Origin: a virus
Direction: 5' to 3' (one strand)
DNA length: 64,000 nucleotides
IMG/VR virus record: IMGVR_UViG_3300027970_000006
Shown one piece after another: positions 1-10,217 of this stretch; the first letter of the stretch is position 1, and every line of letters starts with the position of its first letter. The notes under the pieces were generated by a model. It was not told the DNA's origin. It ran no database searches and saw nothing but the letters and a program-made list of their open reading frames with translations. Made by a program: the position numbers and the translations under genes.

Positions 1-115
1 TGCCTTCCAAAACACTAACAAAGCAAATTTCCCAAAATATGCTGCTATGAATACTGCGTATAATAATTTATTTCGTTACATACAAAACTTTAACTCACCA
101 ACACAAAAAGACTAA
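1..115 (+). CDS. 3' end of a CDS running in from the left edge (...AFQNTNKANFPKYAAMNTAYNNLFRYIQNFNSPTQKD*)
   Basis: Open frame from position 2 to TAA at 113-115, followed by a terminator. Confidence 0.6.
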   Translation, partial: AFQNTNKANFPKYAAMNTAYNNLFRYIQNFNSPTQKD

Positions 116-134
116 AACAAAATTATAAATTATT

Positions 135-164
135 AAATCCACCTCATCGGTGGATTTTTTTTTT
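135..164 (+). terminator. Rho-independent terminator
   Basis: AAATCCACC-tcatc-GGTGGATTT followed by a T-run. Confidence 0.75.
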
Positions 165-179
165 CGTATATTTATAGTT

Positions 180-500
180 ATGGAAAGTTGGAAAAAATTC
201 GCGGAAACTTTAGAATTAACAAGAGAGTTAGAAAATACATATTTCAAAATTAGAGAAATCTTTCAAAGAGAAGGTTGGACACAAAAAGATATTGAAAGAC
301 CTCCATATTATCCAAATGACTTAATGTTTTTACATTCTAAATTCCAACCAAAAATGCGTGAGATTTTTCAAATAATTAAAGATTATGGTTTTGATGTTGA
401 CAGAGACGAAGTTCATTATTATATTATGGATAAACTTAGTCATATAGATGACATAACCCCATTAAGAGAACCAGATGGCAATAACGAGCGAGATAATTAG
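180..500 (+). CDS. Hypothetical protein (likely start ATG 180; track start 150)
   Basis: ORF; TATTTATA motif at 169-176 just upstream of ATG 180. Confidence 0.7.
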   Translation: MESWKKFAETLELTRELENTYFKIREIFQREGWTQKDIERPPYYPNDLMFLHSKFQPKMREIFQIIKDYGFDVDRDEVHYYIMDKLSHIDDITPLREPDGNNERDN

Positions 501-717
501 CGGAACTACAATTTTAAATGAAGTTCAATCATCAAATATTGTTAGAACACAATATGATACAATAACCAAAAAAATGATTGCCGAGTTTAAAAACGGAGTC
601 AGATATGAATATAACGATGTCCCTCATCAACTATATACCTCATTTAGATCTGCAGAATCTCAAGGAAATTTTTTTAACAAAAATATATCAAAAGCCCACA
701 CTTATAGAAAACTTTAA
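475..717 (+). CDS. KTSC domain protein
   Basis: VQSSNI..QYD....MIAEFKNG.RYEY.DVP..LY..F..AESQG.FFNKNI pattern. Confidence 0.85.
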   Translation: MAITSEIISGTTILNEVQSSNIVRTQYDTITKKMIAEFKNGVRYEYNDVPHQLYTSFRSAESQGNFFNKNISKAHTYRKL

Positions 718-736
718 TTTCTAAGTATTTATTGTT

Positions 737-1471
737 ATGAATACTTCTGAAATTATTAAAAGTTTTAAACCTCAAAATGAACTAAATCCAAAAATTTGGG
801 ACAAGGAAGGTAACTCATATAAAATGAAACCTGAAGTTAGAGAACGATTGTTAGAGATTGCTAACGAATTTATTGATTTTTTAAAAATTGAAATTGTTGT
901 TACAGATATTGTTTTAACAGGATCATTAGCAAATTACAATTGGTCAAAGTATTCAGATTTTGATATTCACATTATCGCAAACTTTAACCAATTCCCACCA
1001 TCACATGTTGAATTATATAAAGAATTGTTTATGTTAAAGAAGGCAATATTCAACAAAAACCACGATATTAGAATATTTGGTTACGAAGCAGAACTATACG
1101 TTGAGTCTGAAGATGAAGCACATTTTTCAAGTGGTGTATACTCTTTACTATATAATGATTGGCAAAACGAACCCCAAAAAGAAAAAGTTAAAATTGATAA
1201 AAACACCATTGAAAGAAAGGCGAAACAATGGATGGAAATTATTGATGGTGTATTAGAAAATATTGAAGGTGAATCTATTGATGACGCAAAAGAGTTAATT
1301 TCCAAGTATAAAGAAAAAATAAAAAAGTTTAGAACCTGTGGGCTTGAGAAAGATGGTGAATATTCATCAGAAAATTTGGTGTTTAAAATATTAAGAAGGA
1401 ATGGTTATTTAGAAAAATTAATGGACGCTTCACACAAAGTTTTGGAAAAAGGTCTATCAATGAAACAATAA
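737..1471 (+). CDS. Pol-beta-superfamily nucleotidyltransferase
   Basis: LTGSLANYNWSKYSDFDIH (GS..DxD) motif and a downstream ELY acidic strand. Confidence 0.75.
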   Translation: MNTSEIIKSFKPQNELNPKIWDKEGNSYKMKPEVRERLLEIANEFIDFLKIEIVVTDIVLTGSLANYNWSKYSDFDIHIIANFNQFPPSHVELYKELFMLKKAIFNKNHDIRIFGYEAELYVESEDEAHFSSGVYSLLYNDWQNEPQKEKVKIDKNTIERKAKQWMEIIDGVLENIEGESIDDAKELISKYKEKIKKFRTCGLEKDGEYSSENLVFKILRRNGYLEKLMDASHKVLEKGLSMKQ

Positions 1472-1546
1472 AAAAACATAAATTAAAATAATTATATTTA
1501 TTGATATATTTATTAAGAAAAAATAATTCATAATACAAAAATAATT

Positions 1547-2986
1547 ATGTCAGGAATTAAACCTATTGGTAGCGAAAAATTAGAGGGAATGGATAAAATT
1601 AAACGAATAATGGAAATTGCTCGTTATAATGAAAACATACCACAAAATAATAATGATATTCAATCAACAGAATATAAAATTAGTTTGGCTGATGGTAATA
1701 CTTATGAGATTATCAAAGAAAGACAAGGATATATCGTAAAAAAAACTATTAACGAGTCTCAATCAGAATATATTGAACCAATGAAAGGAAGAAAATACTA
1801 TTCTTCTTATTCACAAGCTTTAAGACGTTTGAATCTTATGACTAAAGAGATCAACACGTTATTTGAAAATCACGAAGGGACATCACTTTTAGGGGAGCAA
1901 AAAAAAAAGTTCGTACTAAAAACTAAAAAACCAAAACCCACAGAAGAACCTGCACCCGCACCACCTGTTGAACCAACTCCACCAATGCCTGATATGGGAG
2001 GTGCAGAAGAACCACCAATGCCTGATATGGGAGGTGCAGAAGAACCACCAATGCCTGATATGGGAGGTGCGGAAGAACCACCGATGCCGGATATGGGAGG
2101 TGCAGAAGAACCACCAATGCCTGATATGGGAGGTGCAGAAGAACCACCGATGCCTGATGAAGAAGAGGAAATTGATGTTGAGGTTGAAAAAAAACCTAAA
2201 GAGAAGAAAATTTCAGATCTAAAAAGAATTCAAATTTTAACGGGAAAATTAGCCCAAAAAATTAGATCATACGAAGAAGAAAAAGAGTTAGACCCTAAAG
2301 ATATCAAATATATTATTAATTCTATTTTATCGGCAATTGATGTTGATGTTTTAGATGAAGACGATATTGAACAAATCATTAATAAATTAGAAGGTATTGA
2401 AGAAGAAGGTGAAGATAGTGGTGAAGAAGAAGAAGTTGATGTTGAGGAAACTGAAGTTGCCCCTGAACCACCACAAGAACCTGAAATGTCTGAAGGATAT
2501 GATAATTTTGGTGACGCATTTCAAGCTTATTTAGGTGGAGCATATGCAAACACCGCAATTAGAAATATGCAAGGAGAAAAAACCGAATCATCAATACATC
2601 ATTTTGATGAAGATTTTGATGATCAAGATGAATATCACAGAGAAAGAAGAAAAGGTAGAAAAAATTACCCCGATGTTGAGAGATTTGAACATGGCACTTT
2701 TTCTGAATCTACTGTAGATAAAGTTTTATCAAAATATTTTTTATTAAACGAAAACGATGATAACGAATATCAAAAAAGAAAAGAAAGAAAAACAAATCTA
2801 TTATTTAAACAAAATAAAGAAAATATAATTCGTCTTTCTGAATCTACAAATCAATTAGATGTTGCTTTGGATTATGTTAGAGAAAACCCAAGAGTAAAAC
2901 TTTTTGGTATTTCTAATAAAGGAAATCTAATTTTTAAAGAAGGAATTAACGAAGTTAAAATTACAAAAACTGGAGAAATTATATGA
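1547..2986 (+). CDS. Acidic, Pro-rich hypothetical protein (possible head/core protein)
   Basis: 479-aa ORF with (PPMPDMGGAEE)n repeat, in the head module. Confidence 0.7.
   Translation: MSGIKPIGSEKLEGMDKIKRIMEIARYNENIPQNNNDIQSTEYKISLADGNTYEIIKERQGYIVKKTINESQSEYIEPMKGRKYYSSYSQALRRLNLMTKEINTLFENHEGTSLLGEQKKKFVLKTKKPKPTEEPAPAPPVEPTPPMPDMGGAEEPPMPDMGGAEEPPMPDMGGAEEPPMPDMGGAEEPPMPDMGGAEEPPMPDEEEEIDVEVEKKPKEKKISDLKRIQILTGKLAQKIRSYEEEKELDPKDIKYIINSILSAIDVDVLDEDDIEQIINKLEGIEEEGEDSGEEEEVDVEETEVAPEPPQEPEMSEGYDNFGDAFQAYLGGAYANTAIRNMQGEKTESSIHHFDEDFDDQDEYHRERRKGRKNYPDVERFEHGTFSESTVDKVLSKYFLLNENDDNEYQKRKERKTNLLFKQNKENIIRLSESTNQLDVALDYVRENPRVKLFGISNKGNLIFKEGINEVKITKTGEII
1979..2158 (+). repeat. 33-bp coding tandem repeat, ~5.5 copies (PPMPDMGGAEE)
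   Basis: CCACCAATGCCTGATATGGGAGGTGCAGAAGAA units head-to-tail with synonymous variation. Confidence 0.95.
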
Positions 2987-3390
2987 ATCAATTGATTTAT
3001 ATTAACGGTTTAGGCCCTAACTATAAGGGAGATAATATATATGAGTTTATTTTCTCAGACACTTTGGAAGTGTTTGGTGAAAATTGGGAATCAAAACCTG
3101 CAAACGGTTATCCTTTACCTCCAGATTTAGAATATGTTAAAAAAGTCGGGACAATGATCAACGAAGAAATTGGTTTTGATCTTGTCCAAGATTCGGACGT
3201 ATTTTCGTTAATTGACTCTATGGATGGTGTTATTGCTTTGGGTTGGGAAAAAGAAACTGATAATATTGATTTTTCTTTGGTGAAAAGATTGGTGTTTCAT
3301 TTTGGTGAAAAAGAAGAAGATGTTAAAAACAAACTATATGAAAGAGATATAGTATTACAATTTGAAAAAAAGGTTGTTTATGAAAACTAA
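2983..3390 (+). CDS. Hypothetical protein
   Basis: ORF with ATGA overlap to the upstream gene. Confidence 0.75.
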   Translation: MNQLIYINGLGPNYKGDNIYEFIFSDTLEVFGENWESKPANGYPLPPDLEYVKKVGTMINEEIGFDLVQDSDVFSLIDSMDGVIALGWEKETDNIDFSLVKRLVFHFGEKEEDVKNKLYERDIVLQFEKKVVYEN

Positions 3391-4243
3391 AAAAAATATT
3401 TTATTCTTAATTGAGAATGGATTGTCGTCAAGAATCATTAGTTCAATGTCTAGTAAACAAGTTGGTTTGTTAGTTGAAAAGTTTAAAAAACTTAAGAAAA
3501 AGGAAACTAAAGAAGCTGTTACACAAAAAATAACAACTAGTTATGACATACCAAATGCTGATTTAGAAAAAGGAACTACAATACCTGAAGTTCCTGGTAA
3601 AAAAATGGTAATTCAAAAAACAAACACAGGTATAAAAGCGACACCAACTGAAGGTGAGATTAGAGAAGACGAAGAAGATTCGGTAACATCACAAAATGTA
3701 TTTTCAAAAGACGTTTCACAAGAATATACAGGTCAACAAGCACCACATGATGAAACATCTATGCAAGATGATGGTATGGGTGATGATTCAGGTGAAAATA
3801 GATCAATGATGGGTATGGCAGAATCTGAAATTAACGAAAAATTCGAATCAAAAGCTCAACAAGGATTATTTTGGGCTCGTTGTAATAAATGTTCTGACAA
3901 AAAATGTAAGTGGTGTAAAATGGCAAAAGAATTTTCAGATTCAACAACCAAAAAAGATTACAAAAAAATGCCAGAAAAAATTCACCCCGAAAAAACCGTA
4001 AAATATAAAAAGAAAAAAACAAACGAAAATTTACAAAAATTTTTAGAAGATAGAATTGTTAATATTATTGAAAATAATATTGAACCAAAAATGACCAAAA
4101 AAGATTTGATTAATACGATTAAAAAAAAATCTAAAAAATCAGATTCCATGATTATCCGTAGACCAAAAAAATTAACAATGTTTTCTCAAGAAGCACCTAT
4201 GGAATTACCAATAGGAAAAATGTTTTCTATTGGGAAAAAATAG
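3380..4243 (+). CDS. Hypothetical protein (start ATG 3380; track 3362)
   Basis: ORF with EKFESKAQQ..W.RC..C....C.WC..AKEF segment. Confidence 0.7.
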   Translation: MKTKKNILFLIENGLSSRIISSMSSKQVGLLVEKFKKLKKKETKEAVTQKITTSYDIPNADLEKGTTIPEVPGKKMVIQKTNTGIKATPTEGEIREDEEDSVTSQNVFSKDVSQEYTGQQAPHDETSMQDDGMGDDSGENRSMMGMAESEINEKFESKAQQGLFWARCNKCSDKKCKWCKMAKEFSDSTTKKDYKKMPEKIHPEKTVKYKKKKTNENLQKFLEDRIVNIIENNIEPKMTKKDLINTIKKKSKKSDSMIIRRPKKLTMFSQEAPMELPIGKMFSIGKK

Positions 4244-4269
4244 TATTCACAATAAAAAACCCTAATTGA

Positions 4270-4277
4270 TATTTATA
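4270..4277 (+). promoter_or_regulatory. TATTTATA putative late-promoter element (representative of more than 20 copies)
   Basis: Sense-strand motif 3-35 nt upstream of start codons on both strands; see findings for positions. Confidence 0.6.
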
Positions 4278-4281
4278 TAAT

Positions 4282-6060
4282 ATGGGGTTATCTAAAGAAC
4301 AAGTTTTAATTGAATATGCAAAGTGTATGAGAGATACTCCATACGCACTTAGATCGTATTTACAAACATACGATAATACCGTATCAAAATATGTTCCTTT
4401 GGAACTATTTCCTGATCAAGTTTCATTATTACATGACTACGAGGAGTTTGAGGAAAATATTGCCTTAAAATATCGTCAAGCTGGAGTAACAACCGTAACG
4501 GCCGCTTGGATTTCAAAAAGATTGGTATTTGCCAAAAAAACACAACCTGAAAAAATTCTAATAATTGCCAACAAACTTGATACATCAATGGAGATGGCAA
4601 ATAAAATTAGGGCGTTTGTTGATCAATGGCCTTCTTGGGTTGGTGCGGGATTTGCCGTTGAAAAAAATTCACAACGACACTATAAGTTAAATAATGGATC
4701 TGAAGTTAAGGCGGTTGCAACATCAAAAGATGCCCTTCGTGGATTTACACCAACAATTCTTATTTTTGATGAGGCGGCGTTTATTGAAGCCGATGGTGAT
4801 TTTTGGGCTGCTTGTATGGCGTCCCTATCTACGGGTGGTAAGGTAATTGTAATATCAACACCAAACGGATATGACCCAATATATCACGACATTTACGATC
4901 AAGCGTTAAAAGGAATGAACCAATTTAAAATTTCTGAAATGTTTTGGTATAGAGACCCAAGATATACAAAAGACCTATATTTGGTCCCAACAGAAGATTT
5001 GGTTCACTATCTTTTAAATCGTGAAGAATATGATGAATCAAAAAATATTTCTCTTTCACATACAGATCCATACGAAAGAGATTATGAAGAACTAAAACAT
5101 TTTTTTAAACAGGGATACAAACCATGTTCTTCTTGGTATGAAAAAATGGTTAAAAAACTTAAATACGACAAACGAAAAATTAACCAAGAGTTAAATTGTG
5201 AGTTCTTAGGTTCAGGTGACAACGTATTTGACAACAAACAACTTGAAGAAATAAAAAATGATTGTTTATTAGATCCAGTTTCAAAACTTATGGGTAACTC
5301 ACTTTGGATTTGGAAAGAACCAATTGAGGGTCATAGATATATTATGGGTATTGACGTGTCTCGTGGTGATAGCGAAGATTATTCAACAATTCAAATTATT
5401 GACTTTGATGACAGAGAACAAGTCTTGGAATATGTTGGAAAAATTCCACCTGATACTTTAGCCGAAGTTGCTTATAAGTGGGGTATGATGTATAGCGCGT
5501 TTGTGGTTGTGGATATTACCGGTGGTATGGGTATTACAACGGTTAGAAAACTACAAGAATTAGGATTTAGAAATTTATATATTGATGGTGTTGACGCATT
5601 TAACTTTTGGGCAACAAACAAAGGAAGTGGTGAAAAAATACCAGGAATAAACTTTAATAATAAAAGAGTTCAGATTATTGCGGCCTTTGAGGAATCAATT
5701 AGACATAAATTTAAAATAAGAAGTGTTCGTTTGTTTAGTGAAATGAACACATTTGTTTATATTAATGGAAGACCAGATCACCAAAAAGGTCAACACGATG
5801 ATTTAATTATGGGAATATCAATAGCACTTTATGTTGGGGAATCATCTTTTTCAAAATTAGAAAAGGCAACCGAACAAGCAAAATCTATGATAAATTCTTG
5901 GGCTGTTGTAAATAATGATTCAGTTGGGAAAGAAGCTCAATTTAATCCGACTATTCCCAATGAAAATGTGTTAAGAGAAAGATATGGATTTCAAAATAAT
6001 GGGCCAACCAGAGATGATTATCAAAAATATGGTTGGTTATTTGGGGGGTTAATGAAATAA
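4282..6060 (+). CDS. terL: Terminase large subunit (T4 gp17-like)
   Basis: [10 protein letters not shown] Walker A, LIFDEAAF Walker B, ISTPNG coupling motif, GIDVSRG and HDDLIM nuclease motifs. Confidence 0.95.
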   Translation: MGLSKEQVLIEYAKCMRDTPYALRSYLQTYDNTVSKYVPLELFPDQVSLLHDYEEFEENIALKYRQAGVTTVTAAWISKRLVFAKKTQPEKILIIANKLDTSMEMANKIRAFVDQWPSWVGAGFAVEKNSQRHYKLNNGSEVKAVATSKDALRGFTPTILIFDEAAFIEADGDFWAACMASLSTGGKVIVISTPNGYDPIYHDIYDQALKGMNQFKISEMFWYRDPRYTKDLYLVPTEDLVHYLLNREEYDESKNISLSHTDPYERDYEELKHFFKQGYKPCSSWYEKMVKKLKYDKRKINQELNCEFLGSGDNVFDNKQLEEIKNDCLLDPVSKLMGNSLWIWKEPIEGHRYIMGIDVSRGDSEDYSTIQIIDFDDREQVLEYVGKIPPDTLAEVAYKWGMMYSAFVVVDITGGMGITTVRKLQELGFRNLYIDGVDAFNFWATNKGSGEKIPGINFNNKRVQIIAAFEESIRHKFKIRSVRLFSEMNTFVYINGRPDHQKGQHDDLIMGISIALYVGESSFSKLEKATEQAKSMINSWAVVNNDSVGKEAQFNPTIPNENVLRERYGFQNNGPTRDDYQKYGWLFGGLMK

Positions 6061-6064
6061 AGTT

Positions 6065-6988
6065 ATGGGTTTAAATTTTAGAAAAAAAACAGGAAAAATT
6101 GCAAATGGTTCTAGACTTATTGTTCCGGGACAACAATATATTGGACAAAAGGTTTTCCAACCAAATTTTAAATATAAAAAATCGGCACCAATTGACCGTG
6201 AATTATTTGAACAAATATTACCATTTTTAACTCCAACACCCACCCCATCTATAACACCGACTAACACACCGACTAACACACCTACTAACACACCGACGAA
6301 TACACCAACAAATACACCGACTAACACACCGACAAACACTCCGACAAACACTCCGACTAATACACCAACAAACACTCCGACGAATACACCAACTAATACA
6401 CCAACAAACACACCTACACCGACAAACACTCCGACAAACACTCCGACTAATACACCGACAAACACTCCGACAAACACTCCGACTAATACACCAACAAACA
6501 CACCTACACCGACAAACACACCTACACCTACACCAACACCTACACAGACAAACACACCTACACCAACACCAAGTCCAAACTATAATGCGTATTTACCTAT
6601 TGAAGTTGCTGTACAATCTCCTCAAACATCCATGCAATGTGCTGTTTGGTATGCATATTTAGTGGGTCCTTATAATCCAGCTCAACCTTTCCCATTAGGT
6701 CAGAATTGGATCAAATTAGGTAATACTCAAACCATACAACAATGTAACACTTACACATCATTTGGTCAAATAGGTTTATTTACAGGACAATCTATATATA
6801 TACAAATAAGAAACGCAGGAAATTCTGTGGTATTTCAAAATACATCTTTTGCCAACGGATCTGATCCTTGTGTTGTGTCCACAACATCATACTTTACAAC
6901 AGGATTTTCATATGGAGGACCTGGACCTATAACTTTACCATTTAAAATCAAAATTGATGTTCCTTTTGTTACTGCTCCAAAACCATAA
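6065..6988 (+). CDS. Thr/Pro/Asn mucin-like repeat protein
   Basis: ~115 aa of (TPTN)n/(TP)n between a basic N-terminus and a beta-rich C-terminal domain. Confidence 0.8.
   Translation: MGLNFRKKTGKIANGSRLIVPGQQYIGQKVFQPNFKYKKSAPIDRELFEQILPFLTPTPTPSITPTNTPTNTPTNTPTNTPTNTPTNTPTNTPTNTPTNTPTNTPTNTPTNTPTNTPTPTNTPTNTPTNTPTNTPTNTPTNTPTNTPTPTNTPTPTPTPTQTNTPTPTPSPNYNAYLPIEVAVQSPQTSMQCAVWYAYLVGPYNPAQPFPLGQNWIKLGNTQTIQQCNTYTSFGQIGLFTGQSIYIQIRNAGNSVVFQNTSFANGSDPCVVSTTSYFTTGFSYGGPGPITLPFKIKIDVPFVTAPKP
6230..6578 (+). repeat. Degenerate 12-bp coding repeat (TPTN)
   Basis: ACACCGACTAAC-type units. Confidence 0.9.
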
Positions 6989-7036
6989 TCATTAAATTAC
7001 TATTTAGATATTTATATCAATAGTTAAATTATTAAT

Positions 7037-8836
7037 ATGGAAAATAATAATCAAAATCTAACGGTTTGGCAAAGGTTATCAAAGACTTTTGGTCCTGATT
7101 CTACATTAGGTCAAGATCAACCAGACTACAAGTTAGACAAAAAAGAACTTTTAAAAACACAAGATAAGGCCGAGTATGAAAGGGCCAAATTACAAAATCA
7201 ACAATCCCTTTATTTAAGTACAAATTGGGCTAAGGTTGAAAATAATTTATACACCCAAGCGATTTATTATGAACCAACAAGGTTGGCATCATTCTACGAT
7301 TATGAATCTATGGAATATACCCCTGAAATTTCAACAGCGTTAGACATTTACGCCGAAGAATCCACAACTCCCGATCAAAACGGATATATATTACAAGTTT
7401 ATTCAGAATCAAAAAGAATTAAAAGTATATTGGTTGATCTATTTGTTAATGTTTTAGATATCAACACCAATTTACCAATGTGGATTAGAAACATGTGTAA
7501 GTATGGTGACAATTTTGTTTATTTAAAATTGGATCATGAAAAAGGGGTGACAGGATGTCTTCAACTACCCAATATTGAAATTGAAAGACTTGAAAGGGGA
7601 ATTGACTCTAGAACATTTCAAGCGACAATTAACACAAATAGAAAGGCTCTAAAATTTGCGTGGAAAGCAAGAGACGCTGAATTTAATACTTGGGAGGTTG
7701 CTCACTTTAGACTTTTAGGTGATGACAGAAAACTTCCTTACGGAACGTCAATGTTAGAAAAGGCTCGTCGTATTTGGAAACAATTAGTTTTGTCTGAAGA
7801 TGCGATGTTAATCTATCGTACATCAAGAGCACCTGAGAGAAGGGTGTTTAAAGTATTTGTTGGAAATATGGACGATAAAGATGTTGAAGCGTATGTACAA
7901 AGAGTTGCCAATAAATTTAAAAGAGATCAAGTTGTTGATAGAAAAACAGGTAATGTTGACTTGAGGTTTAATCAAATGGCGGTAGATCAAGATTATTTTA
8001 TTCCTGTTCGTGATGCAACGCAAGTAAGCCCAATTGATACTTTGCCAGGAGCAGCAAACTTATCTGAAATTGCTGATATTGAATACATTCAAAAGAAATT
8101 AGTAACGGCACTTCGTGTTCCTAAGGCATATTTAGGGTTTGAGGAACCTGTTGGTGATGGTAAAAACTTGTCGTTGTTAGATATTAGATTTGCAAGAACA
8201 ATCAACAGAATTCAAAAATCGGCAATTGCCGAAATGAATAAAATTGCAATTATCCATTTATATTTAATGGGTTTTGAAGATGAATTATCAAACTTTACAT
8301 TACAACTTACAAATCCATCAAAACAAGCCGATCTATTAATGATTGATGTTTGGAAAGAAAAAGTAACTCTATATAAAGATATGGTTTCAGAGATTCCAAA
8401 ATCAATTCAGCCAACATCAGCAACTTGGGCGAAAAAACATATATTTGGGTTTTCTGATGATGAAATTAAACTTGAATTACAACAAATTAGAATGGAAAGA
8501 GCGGTTTCTGCTGAACTTGACAATACCGCAACAATCATCACTAAAACAGGTATTTTTAACACCGTAGATAAACTTTATCAACCAGTGTCAGGAGGAACAT
8601 CTTCCGCTGGATCTCCACCTGCAGAAGGAGGGGCACCACCTGCAGAAGGAGGGGCACCTCCACCACCGTCAGGCGGAGAACCACCAATTCCTGAATCAAT
8701 TAAAAAAGATAAAAATAAATTAATATTAGAATCAATGGAAGATGATTTTGATGAAGATGAATTTTTAGACTTTCAAAAGATTAATAATTCTTTAGGCGAT
8801 ATGGACGACCAATTGTCAAAACTCTTAGGTGACTAG
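7037..8836 (+). CDS. gp20: Portal protein (T4 gp20-like)
   Basis: EDAMLIYRTSRAPERRVF, DYFIP, IDTLPGA.NL..I.DIEY...KL..AL.VP motifs. Confidence 0.95.
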   Translation: MENNNQNLTVWQRLSKTFGPDSTLGQDQPDYKLDKKELLKTQDKAEYERAKLQNQQSLYLSTNWAKVENNLYTQAIYYEPTRLASFYDYESMEYTPEISTALDIYAEESTTPDQNGYILQVYSESKRIKSILVDLFVNVLDINTNLPMWIRNMCKYGDNFVYLKLDHEKGVTGCLQLPNIEIERLERGIDSRTFQATINTNRKALKFAWKARDAEFNTWEVAHFRLLGDDRKLPYGTSMLEKARRIWKQLVLSEDAMLIYRTSRAPERRVFKVFVGNMDDKDVEAYVQRVANKFKRDQVVDRKTGNVDLRFNQMAVDQDYFIPVRDATQVSPIDTLPGAANLSEIADIEYIQKKLVTALRVPKAYLGFEEPVGDGKNLSLLDIRFARTINRIQKSAIAEMNKIAIIHLYLMGFEDELSNFTLQLTNPSKQADLLMIDVWKEKVTLYKDMVSEIPKSIQPTSATWAKKHIFGFSDDEIKLELQQIRMERAVSAELDNTATIITKTGIFNTVDKLYQPVSGGTSSAGSPPAEGGAPPAEGGAPPPPSGGEPPIPESIKKDKNKLILESMEDDFDEDEFLDFQKINNSLGDMDDQLSKLLGD

Positions 8837-8838
8837 AT

Positions 8839-8968
8839 ATGAGTAAATTAGAAAAATTACCAAAAAAAAAATTTTAAATTTATTCTAAAAAGAATTTATG
8901 ACGATATTGATCAATTTGGTCAAAATGGAGATTTAATGTCGGGAGATAATAAAAAAAATAAAAGATAA
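8839..8968 (+). pseudogene. Frameshifted, truncated gene remnant (MSKLEKLPKK/NFKFILKRIYDDIDQFGQNGDLMSGDNKKNKR*)
   Basis: ATG 2 nt after the portal stop; removing one A from the A10 run (8862-8871) gives a 42-aa protein-like frame. Confidence 0.4.
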
Positions 8969-8980
8969 GATTGAAACTTT

Positions 8981-9217
8981 GTGAGGAAAACCAAAATCCA
9001 TGTGAACCAACATCACATTAGGTCTAATAAAACAAAACATACTGACTTACCGGTAATCACAATCAAACAAGGAAGAAAAAACACTTATTGTAATGAGGTT
9101 GAAATACTTGGACCAAGTAGGATTGTTTACTGTGGAAGCGGAGATGAGAAACCATTGTTAAGTTGTGGTGCAAGAGTGGTAATAGAAACTGAAAGTGAAA
9201 TAAAAATAATAAGTTGA
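8981..9217 (+). CDS. Small phage hypothetical protein
   Basis: GTG-start ORF; IHVNQH.IR.N / PLLSCGARV.IET looks like a conserved phage family. Confidence 0.7.
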   Translation: MRKTKIHVNQHHIRSNKTKHTDLPVITIKQGRKNTYCNEVEILGPSRIVYCGSGDEKPLLSCGARVVIETESEIKIIS

Positions 9218-9239
9218 TATTTATTAGAAAATATAAAAA

Positions 9240-9953
9240 ATGTTTGGAGAATTAAAATCAAAGATAGAGATTCAGTTAGTTGATTCTTATAAAAAAGAAA
9301 ATCTTAAAAATAATCTTTTTGTTTTTGAGCAACTTGTATTAAAAAATAAAAATATTTCAAAAATATTTTTTCTTTATGACGAATTAAACGATAAGAAAGG
9401 ATTGTCTGAGTCGGTTGTGAATGAATTTATTAACGAATCAATCACCGCATACGAAAATTTAATTAATAAAGTTAAACCTACTCATATTAAAGAATTAAAT
9501 GCTTGGGTTGGTCATATTGTTTGTGAAAACAAATACAAAGAAATTGATAATTTATTTTCTACAAATATTTTAACTTTGGAAAGTAAAATTAAAAGTAAAA
9601 AAATTATTTCAGAAAACTTAAAATCAACCAAAGATGTTGAAAAAGAGATTATCAAAGTTCCTTTAAAATCTATGGTTAATGTTGCAAACAAAACCATTAA
9701 AAATTTCATATCTTCTTTGAGTGAATCTGAACAAAAAGAATTAAAAGTTATTTTGAACACATCAAAAGAAACTTTGATTGAAAACTACAATTCAGAAAAA
9801 GAAAGCGTTATTTCAAAATTAAATAAACAAAAAAATAATGAGTCTAATTCCGAGACTATTTCAACAATAGATCAAGTATTAGAAAAATTACAAACAGAAT
9901 CGTTTTCAGAATTAAACTACTATAAGTTAAAACAACTTAACGAAAGTTTTTAA
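9240..9953 (+). CDS. Hypothetical protein (head module)
   Basis: ORF with TATTTAT motif upstream. Confidence 0.75.
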   Translation: MFGELKSKIEIQLVDSYKKENLKNNLFVFEQLVLKNKNISKIFFLYDELNDKKGLSESVVNEFINESITAYENLINKVKPTHIKELNAWVGHIVCENKYKEIDNLFSTNILTLESKIKSKKIISENLKSTKDVEKEIIKVPLKSMVNVANKTIKNFISSLSESEQKELKVILNTSKETLIENYNSEKESVISKLNKQKNNESNSETISTIDQVLEKLQTESFSELNYYKLKQLNESF

Positions 9954-10138
9954 TCTTTTTTAGATTTTAATTTTTGAATGTAGATCGCTTTTTTAGTTTC
10001 GTCTCTTTTAATTACTGATGGTTTTACAAATTCTTTTTTATCAAAAAGAATTGAGCTTTGTTTTGTTTTAATTACTTTACCTTTTAAGTTTTTTAAAGCT
10101 TTTTCAATATTACCATTTTTTACCTCCACAATTAACAT
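9950..10138 (-). CDS. rpsU: Ribosomal protein bS21 (62 aa; true start ATG 10138, track start 10240)
   Basis: MLIVEVKNGNIEKALK.LK.K...EFVKPSV.KR....KAIYIQ matches the Bacteroidota-type bS21 pattern. Confidence 0.9.
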   Translation of the reverse strand: MLIVEVKNGNIEKALKNLKGKVIKTKQSSILFDKKEFVKPSVIKRDETKKAIYIQKLKSKKD

Positions 10139-10217
10139 AATTTCATCTTTGTTGATATAAATATAATAATTGATTACAATTATAACAAAATAAACAATTA
10201 GCGTATGAAAAAAATAT

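Noticed and set aside
1979-2158. 33-bp repeats as a CRISPR array
   Set aside because: Head-to-tail with no spacers, in-frame, with only synonymous variation; no cas genes in the window
6049-6555. Antisense Val/Gly-rich ORFs (also 48532-48987, 55558-55938, 51052-52647, 11875-12438)
   Set aside because: Shadow frames of low-complexity sense-strand repeats
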